From Octopus sinensis (lineage: Eukaryota), in contig NC_043014.1 of assembly GCF_006345805.1 (NCBI RefSeq), positions 868,001-932,000 of the forward strand: 64,000 bases of DNA, written 5' to 3'. The notes under the pieces are model-generated. The model had not been told where the DNA came from. It saw only the letters and a program-made list of their open reading frames with translations, and did not search any database. This document shows positions 12,947 through 27,900 of this stretch, piece after piece. Within the stretch, counting starts at the first letter, position 1, and every line of letters starts with the position of its first letter. The position numbers and the translations under genes were made by a program.

Positions 12947-15900
12947 TGTGTGTGTGTGTGTGTGTGTGTGACAGGTTTACAGTTTGTCAGTTCAACAAAA
13001 AGAAATTTAATTGGAAATAAAGAATAATTAACATATCCAATATCTAATTAAAGATTATATGTCTTTATAAAGTGGTTAATTAATGCCAATGAAAGAATGT
13101 TTCTTTATAGGACAGCACAAGTGAAGGGATAAAGAACTTACTTTCAAGAAAGGGACCAAACAAGGTTGAGGTGAAGACTGCAGTTCAATTTGAAGTTTCT
13201 CTGTGAAACTTTCGGGGTCAACTTTTCCATCCTAGAATGGAAGATAAAAGAATAAACCCAGAGTTAAATCTATAAAATATACAATTAATATAAAACTATA
13301 TAATTAACATAAAATATACATAATTAATGTAAAACCATTTAGAGAAGAATGGACTTGGTATGAGAATAGTTTGAACAGTGAAGCTTTGATGGGTTGCTCA
13401 AGAATTATTGAGCAGAATTATAAGTGGGAAGTGGGCCCTGACCATTGCACGAAGTGGTTCTGTTGTTGATGGACATATCACATGAAATGTGCTGCCATAG
13501 CACATACCTATTTGTAGTTTCTAACTGTACAATTTGTGCAAAATACTTTAAGTTTAAACTTCTACCACAATAAAACACAAGAGGAACTTGAAAAAAAATA
13601 CTGTTTTTAAACATTATTTTAATTACAAATAATATTAATGACAAAAATAGTTATATTAATGACAAAAAAAGTTATTTCACTTGTGAGTTAATATGAACAG
13701 ATACAGCTGGACTAAAATTATCAACCATCGTACAAACAATAACTCTGAGCACCTTTTCAAACTCCACCCATCTAACACCCGTGGACATATTTACAAAGTC
13801 AGAAAACAGCACAGCTCCCATGACTTTAGGAAACATTTTTTCACGCTGAGAGTTGCTGAAGCATGGAACAAACTGCCGGCATCAGTTGTTAGTTGTCAGA
13901 GCACTGCATCCTTCAAAACTTCCATGCTTTCTGAGATTCGTCAACACTACACCTGATTTTCTCCCCTCCATACACACGCAAGCATGTATCTGACTCATAC
14001 ACTGTTCACTTCCCAGACATTTGTACATTACTGCATATGCTTTATATGCACTTTTGACAAGTTGTGGTGCACCTGAGCACTGTATACAATAATTTCATTA
14101 TTATTATTTTAAACACAGCCTTCAGAGTTAGACAACTTCATTAGCAACAATAAATATACACTGTAGTAAAGATTGTTTGCCAACATAACATGGCAGTCCT
14201 GGTTTAGGACGAATGTTGCTGTAATTTAGCCCCAAGAGACATCGTCTCCAGCTGGCCATACGACCCGATCTGTGTCCTTATATATTTGAACAGATCGTGT
14301 CATACAGCCAGCTGGAGGCGATGTCACCTGGGGCTAAATTACAGCAACATTCATGCCATGTTAAGTTGGCAAACAAACTTTACTCCAAAGAACTGTTGCT
14401 GAATATCCCACGTTGTGAGATTTGCAAATAGTTATTTTCTAACTATACCCTGTAGATTATTAATCCTTTATCATTCAGGTTATTCTGTCAAATGTTTTGA
14501 ATTAATCATGGATTATCTCATAGCTTTGAGATTTCGATGACATGATTGTTTATTTTCTGAATTACATTGTAGAATAGGTGCGAGAGGCCAGATATGGTCA
14601 TTTTCTCCATAAAAATGGTAGAGTATAAGGGGCCAGATAGGGTCAGTTTAAACGCTAAAGGGTTTAATCCAATAGGATAGAAAGGAAAAGAAATGGGTAT
14701 TTTGTCACAAAACAAATATACTTTAAGTACCCTGGGTGTATATAACATTGACCTAAGACTCCGTTGGCTGTGGGGTCACTCCGAAAAGCTCTATCTGCGA
14801 CGTTTTCATCTCAATCGAAGGAGAGGGGCTTTCTCCGTCCAGGTTGCGGATCCGTGGAATAAGCTGCCGGACGAGATAGTGAAGATGCCGATGACCGCTC
14901 GGTTCAAAGTCTCCCTTGACCACAAATGGCCTGAACTCTTTGCATGAACACCACCCTTTACATAACTCCATGTCCCCTACATGGCCTTGCTTTTTGCTTT
15001 TTGAGGCAAAAAATTAACTTAACTTAACTTAAGAATGGAAAGTAGGAGAGGTCTGTTCTTGAAAATTACCATCTTGGGGTGAGAAGGAAGTTTAATTTGA
15101 CAGTATCAATATTTCATAACAGAAAGTGATTGCAGCCTGTTGTAAAACCATTTTCTCCAAGAAATTGTGTCCATATTTACGTTTACAAAACCAAAAGAAC
15201 CTCATCCCTAACATCAATCTCAGGAAAGTGGATGCAAAAGAAATAAGTGACAATTGGTTGTTTCCCACATCTCGGAACAGGAAGTTGGTGTAGAATGGCA
15301 ACCGAGACGAAAGTAGCAATAAATGCCCCAGTGACTCCAGCAAATCTTAGAATGACTGTAATGGGGTTTGAACCCACAACCTCTCAACAAATAAACTTTA
15401 ACACTTTTATTTTTCTTGTTTCCACAGCCATCTGGGAACATGGGAGACATTTACAAAGTTTAGCACTTGCATCGTATTATTGGAGCATAGAGTGTCATTT
15501 AACCCTAGGTCAACCCAGATCCAGCAGATATCATCATCATCATCATCATTTAACATCCATTGAGCATCCTGCATTGTTTAAAGATATCTACAGCTGCATT
15601 ATTTAATATGATCCTCCCATCTTTTACAGGCAGTTGGGTTTGATAAGAAGGAAATTTAGCTGCTGTTTCTAACAAGTCAAGTTACCACATAGAAGCTCCT
15701 TTGGATTATCAAAGAAACAGGTTTTACAGACGGGTGCCACCTCTACAGCTAATGAGCCAATCAAGGGAATAGAAGTGGAACCTATTGTCAGCCAGGTAGG
15801 TAGACTGCACTTTACAGACTCTGTGTAATTAGTCAGTGTGGTCATCAGTCAACATGATCATTAATCAGCATGATCCTTGCTGTTGTAAAAAGACTAAAGG

Positions 15901-18900
15901 TAAATAAAGAGGAAAATAGGTTCACTTACAATCAGTCCCTGGATGAGCTCACGCACGTTGAAGATTGTTTCAGGACGCTGATTAGAAGCTAATTTCAGCA
16001 GTGTTGCCATGAAATTCTTACATTTCCGAACGTTATCAATCATATTGCTGTTCTGATCTAAAAGTAAAACATTTTATACAAATCAAACACAAAGTCCATG
16101 AAACATTATACAAACACAGACATCTCAAAAAGTAAATAGACCCCCCCCCCACTCATTATACCTTTTTATCTGGGACTTCAAACTGTTAATGTTTTATCAT
16201 TTTCCGTTTCAGGATTACAGAATTTTTCATTGTTTATGGCAACTAGCCATATTGTGAACACCAGAAGCAAACGAGTTGTCTGATTTTCAAAGAGGGTGTA
16301 TTGTGGGTGAATCCGAGGGTGACTCAGCCAGTGTAAGACTGCAGAACATTTTGGGATTCCCCTTGATGCAGTCAACAGAGTGATTGTCCAATCCACCAAC
16401 AAAAGAAAGGGATCAAAAGCATTTTGCTCAGGTCACCCTGGGACCCGCTGACAGGCGTGTTTGGGCTGCCAAATAGATTGGTGGAAATAATCCCTGCTGC
16501 AGGGCAGGTGAGGTTGCAGAGCAATTCCAAAATGAATTGGAGTACCTCTGTACGGCATCTCCATCAACTTGGCTATTATGGCTGGGTAGCTGGAATGGAA
16601 CCTTGCCTTCAACCAGCAAAGATCCAAAGAAGAGATGACAAAGAAATCTTTCAAAAATCATGGAGTCAATTTACTTTTATATGTGTATGTATGAAGGGGT
16701 ATGGTTGAGTGGTTAGGGTATTCGGCTCCAGATTGTAAGATCGTGAGTTCGATTCCTGGTGGTGTGCTGTGTCCTTGAGCAAGACACTTTATTTCCAATC
16801 CACTCAGCTGGCAAAAATGAGTTGTACAAGTAATTCAAAGGGTCAGCCTTATCACACACTGTGTCATGTTAAGGGTACATGTGTCTGTGGAGTACTCGGC
16901 CACATGCACATAAATTTGATAAGCAGGCTGTTCCATTGATTGGATCATCTGGAACCGATGGAGTGCCAGTTACACATGTATAGACGAGCATCTTCTTTCC
17001 TACCTTATTTGGATCAGATGCCATTCATTGAAGCAGGTTTTTCTAAGGCCGGATGCTCTTCCGGCTTCCAAGGAAAGTTACACACACACCCACACACTTC
17101 ACCCCTTTTATATGCATGTACCCATGTACACACACCCACCCATGCCTCTATACATACCCAGTCCTATTTACCCACTTAGACAATAACGAGTACCTTTAGA
17201 GCTGCTATAAATGCATCCCCGCCCCTCCACTCCAATTACCCTTGCGTTGAGAAGCTGCAGGGGAAGATTTGAAAGATAAAAAGGGGCTGCTTCAGTGAAG
17301 AGAGAAGGGGTGAGGTGGACATAAACCAGACTGACCAGTACTAACAGTAAGTATGTACACTGTATGTACCACATGGTTGAGGTAGGAATGGACTTTGTAG
17401 GAAGCTGCTGACCGAGTGACAGAGGCTGCATTCTTCAAGTGGACCATTTGGACAAGTGTAATTGGTAACAAACTATTCTGTTGAGGGTGAAAGCTTAATT
17501 CTGTTGCCCGAGGGAATCAGGGATTTCAGTGTTATTGTAGATATATGATTTATTTTTTCTTCCTCCATTTGAGGAGGAGGACCACTGCCACCACCACCAC
17601 CACGATTTAATGTCCATTATCCCTGCTGTCCTAGGTTGGACGGCTTGACAGGAGCTGGCTTCGGCAGAATGATTGAACCATGCTTCATTGTCTGTTTAGG
17701 CATGGATTTTATGGTTGGATGCTCTTCCTAACACCAACCACCTTACAGAGTGGACTGGATGCTTTTTATGTGGCCCCAGTACCAAGGGCCACTTAAACAC
17801 AAATAATGAAACAGATGGGCAAAGGGTTTAGAGTGGTTAGTATTTCCTTAGCACTAAGTGGGAGGAGTTTCACCCTGGTGGTTCCAGAGAAAGATGCCTT
17901 TATAAGGAAGAAGGAGAAGAGAGCATGACTTCTAGAGTCTCTGCAAACACAGAGAAGTAGTTCCCTACCATTTACTGTTAGTGACTAATTGGAATTGGAA
18001 TAAAAAAGCATTGAGATAAGCCATCTTAGAGGGTTGTCATTTTTATGTTTAGAGATCCACATCATTCTCGCTCACAACATCATAAGCGGAAAGTGTAACC
18101 TCTCGAAAGAGCTGTTCTTCACTCCTGCTCCAGAGCGTCGGCTGCGGGGTCATTCCGAAAAGCTCTATCTGCAACAATTTCATCTCAATCAAAGGAGAGG
18201 GGCTTTCTCCATCTGGGTTGCGAATCCGTGGAATAAGCCGCCGGACGAGATAGTGAAGATGCCGACGACCGCTCGGTTTAAAGTCTCCCTTGACCACAAG
18301 TGGCCTGAACTCTTTACATGAACACCACCCTGTACATAACTCCATGTCCCCCTACATGGCCTTGCTTTTTGCTTTTTGAGACAAAAAATTAACTAACTAA
18401 CATCAAATATTTCCTGCAGAGAAACAGGAGATGAGGATAAAAGACGTTCTCTTACTTGGTAATACATTGCTGGCCTGATTATGTCCGACAGGTATGGTGC
18501 TTGGCATTGTGGTTGTTGAGCCTGTACTGTTTTGAGTGACAGGTGACACCTGTACAGGATTGTGGTTAACTGGGACAGTTTGTCGCAGAACTGTGTGATG
18601 GCTGGACGTAGTCGCTTGTCCTTGCGGTTGCTGGATTGTAAGAATAGTTGGAGTGGAGGTTGGCTGTCGAGGTTGACCTTGATTGCACATTGGCTGAAAT
18701 GCAAAGAAAACAATAATTAAGGATGACAAATCAAAAGGATGGTTACCTGGATAATTAAACAAACATACATACACAGAAGATAAATTTAATGCAGTTGCAC
18801 TAAAGTTTGTAATGTCTATGCTGCAGAAAGTAAACAAAAGTGAATACAGATTATTATTTTCTTAGCAACAACACAAATAAGAAAATTGCTTTGACATATT

Positions 18901-21900
18901 TCATGGCAGGTTAGGGTCAGGGTTACAAGAAGCCTGCTCACTCTTCTCTTACAAACAGCACTTCATAGTAATTACTATTTAAGTCAGTCACAAACCAGTA
19001 ACTCAATTGAAATGGGGTGACTAATTCATATTGCTCATTAGGCAGCATAGATATGGATTAAATGAGGAGATAATCAAGATAAATAAATGAGATAGTTATA
19101 ATTAGCTAAATGTATTACTAACCTCGTCAAAAGGTTTATAATTATCTCATTTACGACAGTTTCCTCCCTTGCCTCACACAAATCACACTTAAACTTATCA
19201 ATGATTCAGTTGGTGGTCGTCCGCAATCTATAATATCTGATTAAACAATTAGTTACCATTTAAAAATGTTTAATTACTGCTTAACTCCTCAATCACCAAT
19301 CAAAGTTGTTTAACTCCAGATAAACCTTTATCCAGCACCTGTCACCGATGTGACAATCCCCTTCTTTATTATTATGCCCACCACCAAGTAATGAGGAGTG
19401 ACAGAGGGATGGGTGTTGGGGGGAACTGATGGGGGGGGAAGGCTTTCAGAATCTCATTTTTGCTGCGATGGAAGAGACTTCTTGAACACAATGAATCTTG
19501 GTCCTTCATCATTTCTCTTGCGAGGCTCAGCATCTTGAGATCAGCCTTCACTATGTCATCTTATGTCGTCTTATGTTTTCCCAGGGTCTCCCTCTGCCAC
19601 AGGTCTTGATCATATTGAGTACAATGTTGAATGAAAGATGTCCGCTTCATTTTACTCTCATTAACAAAGAACACACACACACAAAAGGACTTACCTTGAC
19701 ATTTTGCAGTTTCCCTGGTAAAACAGTAGTATTGGTAGATGTCTGTGGTTGTAGAACACTCGACTGACTCGCATGAACCAAAACTAATTGGCCTTGTTCG
19801 TTTTTCACCAATACGGTGCCGGGTTGAAGCTGAATGCTTGTGGGTAAAGTAATGGCATTCTAGAAGGAAGAACAAACGACAAAACATTAGAGATGGTTTC
19901 GGCTTTTGGCCTCATTACTTTCGATGAGATACAATATGTTGCATAATAAAACTATAATCTACACGGTGGTACAAATACGAACAACAAAGCTATCAGAATA
20001 TTGATGCTCGTTTATATTTCATCTCAGTTGATTAAAGAAGCTAAAACAATGAACTGAATTGCTTTAAATGCACAACATTTGAACCAATAATCAGCTGCTG
20101 CAGCTTAGAGGAGGCTTTTGTTCATGGATACCTGTTTGTCTTCTCCCCAAAGGTACTAGCCTTGGCAAGGTACCTTTAGGGAGAAGCTTTCTAGGGGCAG
20201 AAACCATGATTAAAGGTGGCTTTAATCCATGGATCTAATGTAATCTTAATAAGGGTGATCCAAGATGAGTATATTAAACTAAACATGTCGGCCATGACCC
20301 CAGGATAATTCTTTGAGACAGAATTAAGATAAAGACACAAGTTTATAGCAAAGGTACAAATCCCTTTTAATGGTCTGATTAGGGCAGTATAATTATGGTG
20401 GTATAATTAGTGTAGTTTAATTATGGTGGGATGAATATGGTAAATATAAGAATATAAATCTTATATAACTGTATAATTCTTCTGACTGAACAAGAGAGAA
20501 CATAAATGCCAAAACAATTATTGTATGAATTAATTAGGCAATTATTTGTGTAAAAATGAAATTATAACCAGAATTAGTTTCATTAGTATTTACATGAACC
20601 CTCATAGCTGCTCTTTCATTCAACTGGTGAAACTGTTCAGGGAGCAACTGCCAGGAAAGGAGGAGTAATTATTCTACACTCTCAACAGCAATGTGTATGT
20701 TTATACACACACGCGTGTGTGTGTGCATTTTGACCCCATCTGAGGATGTGTTTAGTAGGATTATATACACTGCATTTATAAATTGTATGTATGAATTACA
20801 TTTATTGTGACATCACTAATTAATTACCAAATACATCATAGTCCTCCAGGCAATAGCAGAGGAATTCAAGACAGCTTGCCCCTGGAAGCTCCTCTATGCT
20901 GATGACCTGGCCCTCATAGCAGAATCACTACCAGAACTAGAAGAAACTTCAAGTGTGGAAGCAAGGTTTAGAATCGAAGGACCTTAGAGTCAATGTTACA
21001 AAAACCAAAGAGGTGCAGCAACATCAAAAGAAGATTAACCGGGAAGATAGCTTTCACGTGCAGCAGATGCACAGGGGCAATACACACCTTAATACTCAGA
21101 AAATAGACTCCATCACATGCTAGGAGGAGAAACCAGAAGTAGTTGATAACTTCTGCTACCTAGGTGACCAAGTCTGTAGAGGGGGCTGGATGCTCAAAGA
21201 GTGTTACCACTAGAATAAGAATAGCCTGGGCAAAGTTCAGAAAGCTTTTACCCCTACTGGTGACAAAGGGCCTCTCATACAGACTGAAAGGTAGATTGTA
21301 TGATGCATGTGTGCGAACTGCCATGCTTCATGGCAGTGAAACATGGGCCAAGACTGCTGAAGACATGCGTAGGCTCAAAAGAAATGAAGCTAGCATGATC
21401 TGCTGGATGTGTAATGTCAGTGTGCACACACAACAGAGTATAAGCACCCTGAGAGAAATAAAAGAGTTGCTCTTGAATCTTTCATCCAGACCAGACGACC
21501 ACTCCATCTGAGCCTTTGCTTTAACACAAGAGCTTCTATACTTTCACACCAAGAGCTTTCTAATATTTCAAGGTCACTGATGCGGTCCTCCCACTGAATG
21601 CCACATCTGATGGAAACGTTCCAGTTGTTTAAGGTATTGATATGTAACCCACGTCTCGTAGGCAGAAAGAAGAGAAAAGAGCACACATGCCTTGTACACC
21701 TTTATCTTTGTCTTTCTGCATATGTCTTGCTGACTCCAGAAGCACCTTTCTAGCCTCCCAAAAGCATCACTTGCTTTCTAATTCTGTATGGAATTTCATC
21801 ATCCAAATTGCTATATCTATTAGTGCTTCGCAGGTAGACAAACTGATCAACTACATCAAGTCGTTTATCATTCACATAGATATTTGGTACACTATACTGC

Positions 21901-24900
21901 TTACCAGGGGCAGGTTGATGCATGACAACAGTTTTCTTGAGATTGTCTGTCAATCCTAAGGCAGTGCAAGCATCAGAGAATGCATTAAAAATGTGTTGCA
22001 TATCAATCTCTGTGTGTGCTACTAGATCACAATCATCAGCATACAAAAGGTCTCATGATAGAGATAAATACCTTTGTTTTCGCAGCAAAGCGCCTGATAT
22101 TAAATATGCTGCCAGAGGTTCGATAATGGATGTAAACACCATATCTGCAGCTTCTGAATGCAATACAGAAAACCATGGCAATATATATGGAAAATAGGGC
22201 CGGTGCCAAAATATCCCCCCGTTTCACTCCATTTTGTATTGAGATAGGCTCCGACATTGTCCCTCTAACATTAACCCTACACTTCATATCTTCATGAAAA
22301 GACCTAACCAAAGCAAGGAACTTTTCAGGACACCCAAGTTTCTGGAGGACTTTCCACAGTGCATTTCTATTAATATCTTTTGTCAGATTGACAACAACCT
22401 GATACAAATCCAGACCCTGTTCCACACACTTCTCCTGAAGCTGTCTAGCTGAAATGATCACATCAGTAGTGCTGCATCCTACACAGAAACCAGATTGACT
22501 TTCTGGAAGAACACAATCTGCAACATGTTTCAGCAGACAATACAGAAGTATCCTGCATAAAACCTTTCCTACAGCAGACAGCAATGATATTCCCCTATAG
22601 TTACCACAATCATTCCTGTTGCCCTTTCCCTTATACAAGACCACCATTACTGTATCTTTCCAGTCCTCAGGTACAGATTCACTAGTCCATATCTTACCAA
22701 ACAAAGAGTGAAGTTGCTGCAGAAGTTTCTCACCACCATGCTGTAACAACTCTGCATGTATGCCATTCATACCCGGAGACTTCCCATTATTCATCCTTGA
22801 GACAACCACTGCAACTTCTTCCAACTCTGGTGGTTCTGCAAGAGCCACCTTCACAGGTAATCCAGGGATGAGACTGAGAACATCCTTACTAATTACAGAC
22901 TGCTGATTCAAATGTTCATCAAAGTGTTCTCGCCACCTTTGCAGAATCCCTTGTGAATCATGAAGAAGTTCTTTACCATCCCTGCTTTGAAGTGATGTCA
23001 TCAGGGAAGACGTCGTTCCATAAACTTCTCGCAAGAGACCATACTACAGCTTTGTGTTATTGGAATCTGATGCCGCCTGTATCTCATCAGCCTTCTTACT
23101 CCACCATGTATCCCTCATCTGAGAAAGCCTCCGCCTCATACGTGATTTCACATCTTTGCGTTCCCTCTGCAACACTTCCCTTTCCTGTGGCTTTGCTGAC
23201 AAATAGTGTGACAAAGTACGTCTTTTATCAGCCAATAAATCATCTATATGTTCATTTTCCTTGAACCAATCTTGATGCTTTCTTTGTATAAATCCCAGAA
23301 CTTTCTTGCCTATATCATAAACTGACTTTTTAAGGGACAACCAATCCTCCCCAATATCTGCAGCATTCATTTCCTCTCGTAAATTTCTCTTCACACTATT
23401 ACACCTAAGACGATCAACATTCAGTCTTTTAGGCAGGGTAATCCCTGCAGCTCAGATTTTATGTTTTGTGACTAATTTCACTTTTGCACGTACTAGGCGG
23501 TGGTCAGTCCAACACTCAGCTCCACGAAGAACACGAACACACTGCACATCCTGTCTGGCACACACCCTAACAAGGATGTAATCCAGAATATGCCATTCTT
23601 TAGATGCAGGGTGCATCCATGTAGTCTTAAGCTTATTCTTTTGTTGAAACATGGTATTGGTAACACACAAACTCAGCTCCTCACACATCTGCAGCAAAAG
23701 CATGCCATTAGTATTACACTTCCCCACCCCATGCTTTCCAATTACTGTCCATGTGTTAAAATCCCTACCCACTCTAGCATTAAAGTCAACAAGTACGATG
23801 ACTTTGTCTGCCCGAGGGATATTTCTTATAATGCCCTTCAAAGCATGGTAGAAAGAAAGTTTTTTGTCATCAGTATAGCACATTGTTGGAGCATACACAC
23901 TCACCAAGGTCATATAATTTCCTTTAGCCAAAGGAATTCTCATGGACATAAGACGCTCGTTAATTCCGACTGGGAATTCTTCCAACTTGTCCACAAGAGT
24001 AGTCTTAACAGCAAATGCCACTCCAGCCTCTATTCTAAATTCCTCATTCCTCCAATTCCAAAAGAAAGAATATTTTCCACAAGATTCTGTAAGATGACCA
24101 TCTCCAGCTAATCATGTCTCAGATAATGCAACGATGTCAAGATCATAGCATCGAAGCTCTTTCACAACAAGTGCAGTCCTTCATTCAGGACATTCAGAGG
24201 ACTCGTGGTCAAGCGGCGTCCGTAGATTCCAACAACCAATATTCAATATTTTATTTGGTTCTCTCAAAATATACATACATATGTATATATATTCACACAC
24301 ACACACATATACATATATATACACACACACATATATATACACATATATATATACATATATACACATACACACACATATATATATATGTATACACACATTT
24401 TTTTTTCTCTAGTTTCAGCTGAGAGCTGTGGCCATGCTGATGCACCGCCGTTTTGCTACACTGTTATTACTAAGAGCCTCCTCTAATATGTGGCACTTGG
24501 TGAAGAATGGAGTTTTATATAGCTACCCTCATTTGCACCTCTTGCCGTGAGGTAGGCTCATCTGGGACTCTCGACAGAAAGAGAGTCCAGCTTTGATTTA
24601 AAAACCGCTACATCTACTTTCTGCAAGTTCCTCAGACTCTTTGGGAGAATATTAAAAAGCTGTGGGCCCTTGAAACCCAGGCTGTTGCAGAAGCTGGTCC
24701 TGAAGCGTGATGGCATTGCTGGGATCTTTGGCACTATGCAGTGTCGTCCCGTTCTAGCATTGGTGTAGCTTACAATGCCAAAATTTGGCACAATTCCTTC
24801 CAGGATCTTCCAGACATATATTACTGCATACCTCTCCTGTCTTCTCTCCAGGGAGTAGAGTCTTAGCTGTTTCAACCTTTCCCAGTAGCTGAGCTGTTGC

Positions 24901-27900
24901 AAAGAGATGATCTTCTCTGGATTGCTTCAAGGTCTGCTGTTAATTTTACACTGGTGGGTGACCATAGCTGTGAGCAGTAATCCAGGCAGCTGAGGATGAA
25001 TGTCCGCCAGAGGACCATCATGGTTTCCTTATCTCTGGTTCTGAATGTTCTTAGGATCCATCCAGCCAGTCGTCTGCACTTTGTCACCATCCTGGTAATG
25101 TGCACTTGGAAAGAGGTATCATCACTCATATCAGGTCCCTCACTGACTTAGGCTCTGGGATTGAAATTCCTTGTGGACCGGTGTACCCTGTAGGTTTAAT
25201 ATTCAGTTTTAGATGCTGGTAGCGCAGGGCCTGGAATCTTTCAGCATTAAACTGCATATTATTATCCTTAGCCCATCTGTAAATTGAGTCCAACTCCTGC
25301 TGCAGGTGTGCAACATCGCTGGGGTTCTGTATTTTCTGCAAGACTTTCGTATTGTCTGCATAGCTTGCCAGAGTGGCTATCCGGGCATTTGAGGTCATAT
25401 CTGAGAGGGCCACAATAAAAAGCAGTGGTCCCAAGACAGTGCCCTGTGGAACACCGCTCACTATTTGTGTGCTCATAGAGGTGGCTCCATTAACCACTAC
25501 TGCCTGACTCCTATCTTTCAGGAAGTCATGTAACCACTCTCCAAGTTTTCCAGTTATGCCAAGGTCATGCAGTTTGTGGCATATCATATAATGATCCACC
25601 TTGTCAAAAGCTTTTGCAAAATCAAGGTAGATTACGTCCACATTTGATTTGTTGAGTAACTGCCTCAACACCCAGTCATAATGTTGTAAGAGCTGGGTCA
25701 GGCAGCTCCTACCGGGTCGAAAACCATGCTGGGTCAGCAAGTTATTTTCTTCAAGGAATGCAATTAGTTACCCTCTGACAATCCATTCCATGACTTTCCT
25801 GATATGCGAACTCAGAGAGATAGGTCTATAGTTTTTGGCATCTGCTCTACTTCTCCCTTTACGGATTGGGCATATTATTCCCTCCTTCAGCTTGCTTAGC
25901 AGTTTGCCATTTAGAAGAAAGCTCTAGAAGAGAATCTGGAGGGGTTTTGCCAGGGCATGCTTACACGATTTGAGGAGGATTGCTGGGAAACCATTAGGAC
26001 CAGCAGTTGAGTTTGTGTCCACTTCATCTATGACTAGTAGTATATCTACTAGCCATAGGATAGAAGTAATTATTAAAAAACATGAATATAAATTAGTAAA
26101 ATAATTTACAGCTGTTTCAGCCCATAGATAAAAGCATCTCATTCTGCCTATATTAGTCAAATGTATTGAGGTAATTGGCAGTTGAAAAGCTCTATTATGT
26201 TGTGATCCGAGTTCAATGTCGGCATCACTTTAACATTATCATAAATGTCCATATTGCTTGTGAAGCAGAGATCCAGTATATTATTTGCCCTGGTTGGTTG
26301 CAGCACAATTTGCTCCATGAAAGAGGCATTTGTGAGGTGGAGCAGGGACTCTGCCTGTGCTTGCTGATGGTGTGTCATCCCTGGGAGCATCTGCCCCACC
26401 CAGGCCATTCCACATTGGGGAAGTTAAAGTCACCCATGAAGAATACACTGTTGTGTTGTTTCAGTTTGGTGAGAACTTCTATTTTTGTTAGGCAGTCTTC
26501 AAACATGCCTGTGTGATTTGGGGCATCTGGTGGGTGATATGTAGTACATATGACGATATTCAGTTGTCTTATGTGTACAATTTGAGTATCACACACTGAT
26601 TTTGAATATGACAACAGGACCGGGGGTGTGAGGTCATCTCGGATGTACACTGCAACTCCATCATGACTCCTCTCTTTTCTATCTGAGCGTATAACAACAT
26701 ATTGCGGTATATTTATTTCTGCATCCCCTACATCAGGTCCAAGATGTGTTTCTATGAGTGCCATGCATATAGCTTGATTGCATGTCACAAGGTCTCTCAG
26801 GAATGAGATTTTCCTTTTACAGTTACCGTGCAGCAGCCCTCCTATGTTCAGTAGAAATATTTTTGTGACGTGTGTGTTGGTGTTTGTGGTGGTAGGTATA
26901 GTTCCAGCTTTGTATTTGTAGCCAGGTCAGCTGCTGGACAATTTTTTGTGCCATGCACAAAAAAGATTGCTGTTCAGCTGCTGCCCTTCTCATATATATG
27001 AGATGAGATATATGAGTAACCCAGACTAGGTAGAGGTAAGCTTCCCAAAGTTTAATGCAGTTTAAATATGGAGATTAAGATTGTTTGGTATTGGATAGTC
27101 ATTGCGTTCAGTGTCCCTAGTCAATTTAATGACAGTTGCAGGTGGACATTCAAAATAAATAGACAAAATCCTTTCACCTTTATAATATTCTCTAACCAAG
27201 TAATAATACACAATTACAACATAGAAAGAAATAATAAATTCAAATAATGTGAAAAATATCAAAATCATTGGCATGAGCAATGATGCATCTTTCCAAGTGC
27301 ATACTGCCAATTTGGCGAGCTGGATGGATCCTCCGAACTTTCAGAACAAGAGAGAAGGAGACACTGATGGTCCTTTGGAAGACATTCGTCCTCAGCCACT
27401 AGGACTACTGCTCCCGACTATGGTCGCCACACAATATAAAGTTAACAGCAGAACTCGAAGCAATTCAAAGAAGCTACACAAAGAAGATCGTCTCAATGCA
27501 ACATATCAGCTACTGGGAAAGACTGAAAGTATTAAAACTCTTCTCCCTGGAGTAAAGGTGGGAGAGATATGCAGTGATATACATCTGGAAAATTCTGGAG
27601 GGTCTTGTCCCAAATTTTGGCATTGAAAGTTACCCCAACAGCAGAACGGGGCACCACTGCATGGTGCCAAAGATCCAAACATCACCATCAAAATACAGGA
27701 CCAGATACTGCAACAGCTTGGGTTTCAGGGGACTGCAGCTCTTCAATATCCTTCCTAAATGCCTGAGAGACCTGCATGGTGTGGATGTGGGTTTCTTTAA
27801 AACTAAATTGGATCTCTTCCTGTCAGGGGTTCCACACGAACCTACCTCTCTGCAGGAAACACATATGTGGGCAGTGGAGTCGAACTCCCTTGTTGATCAA

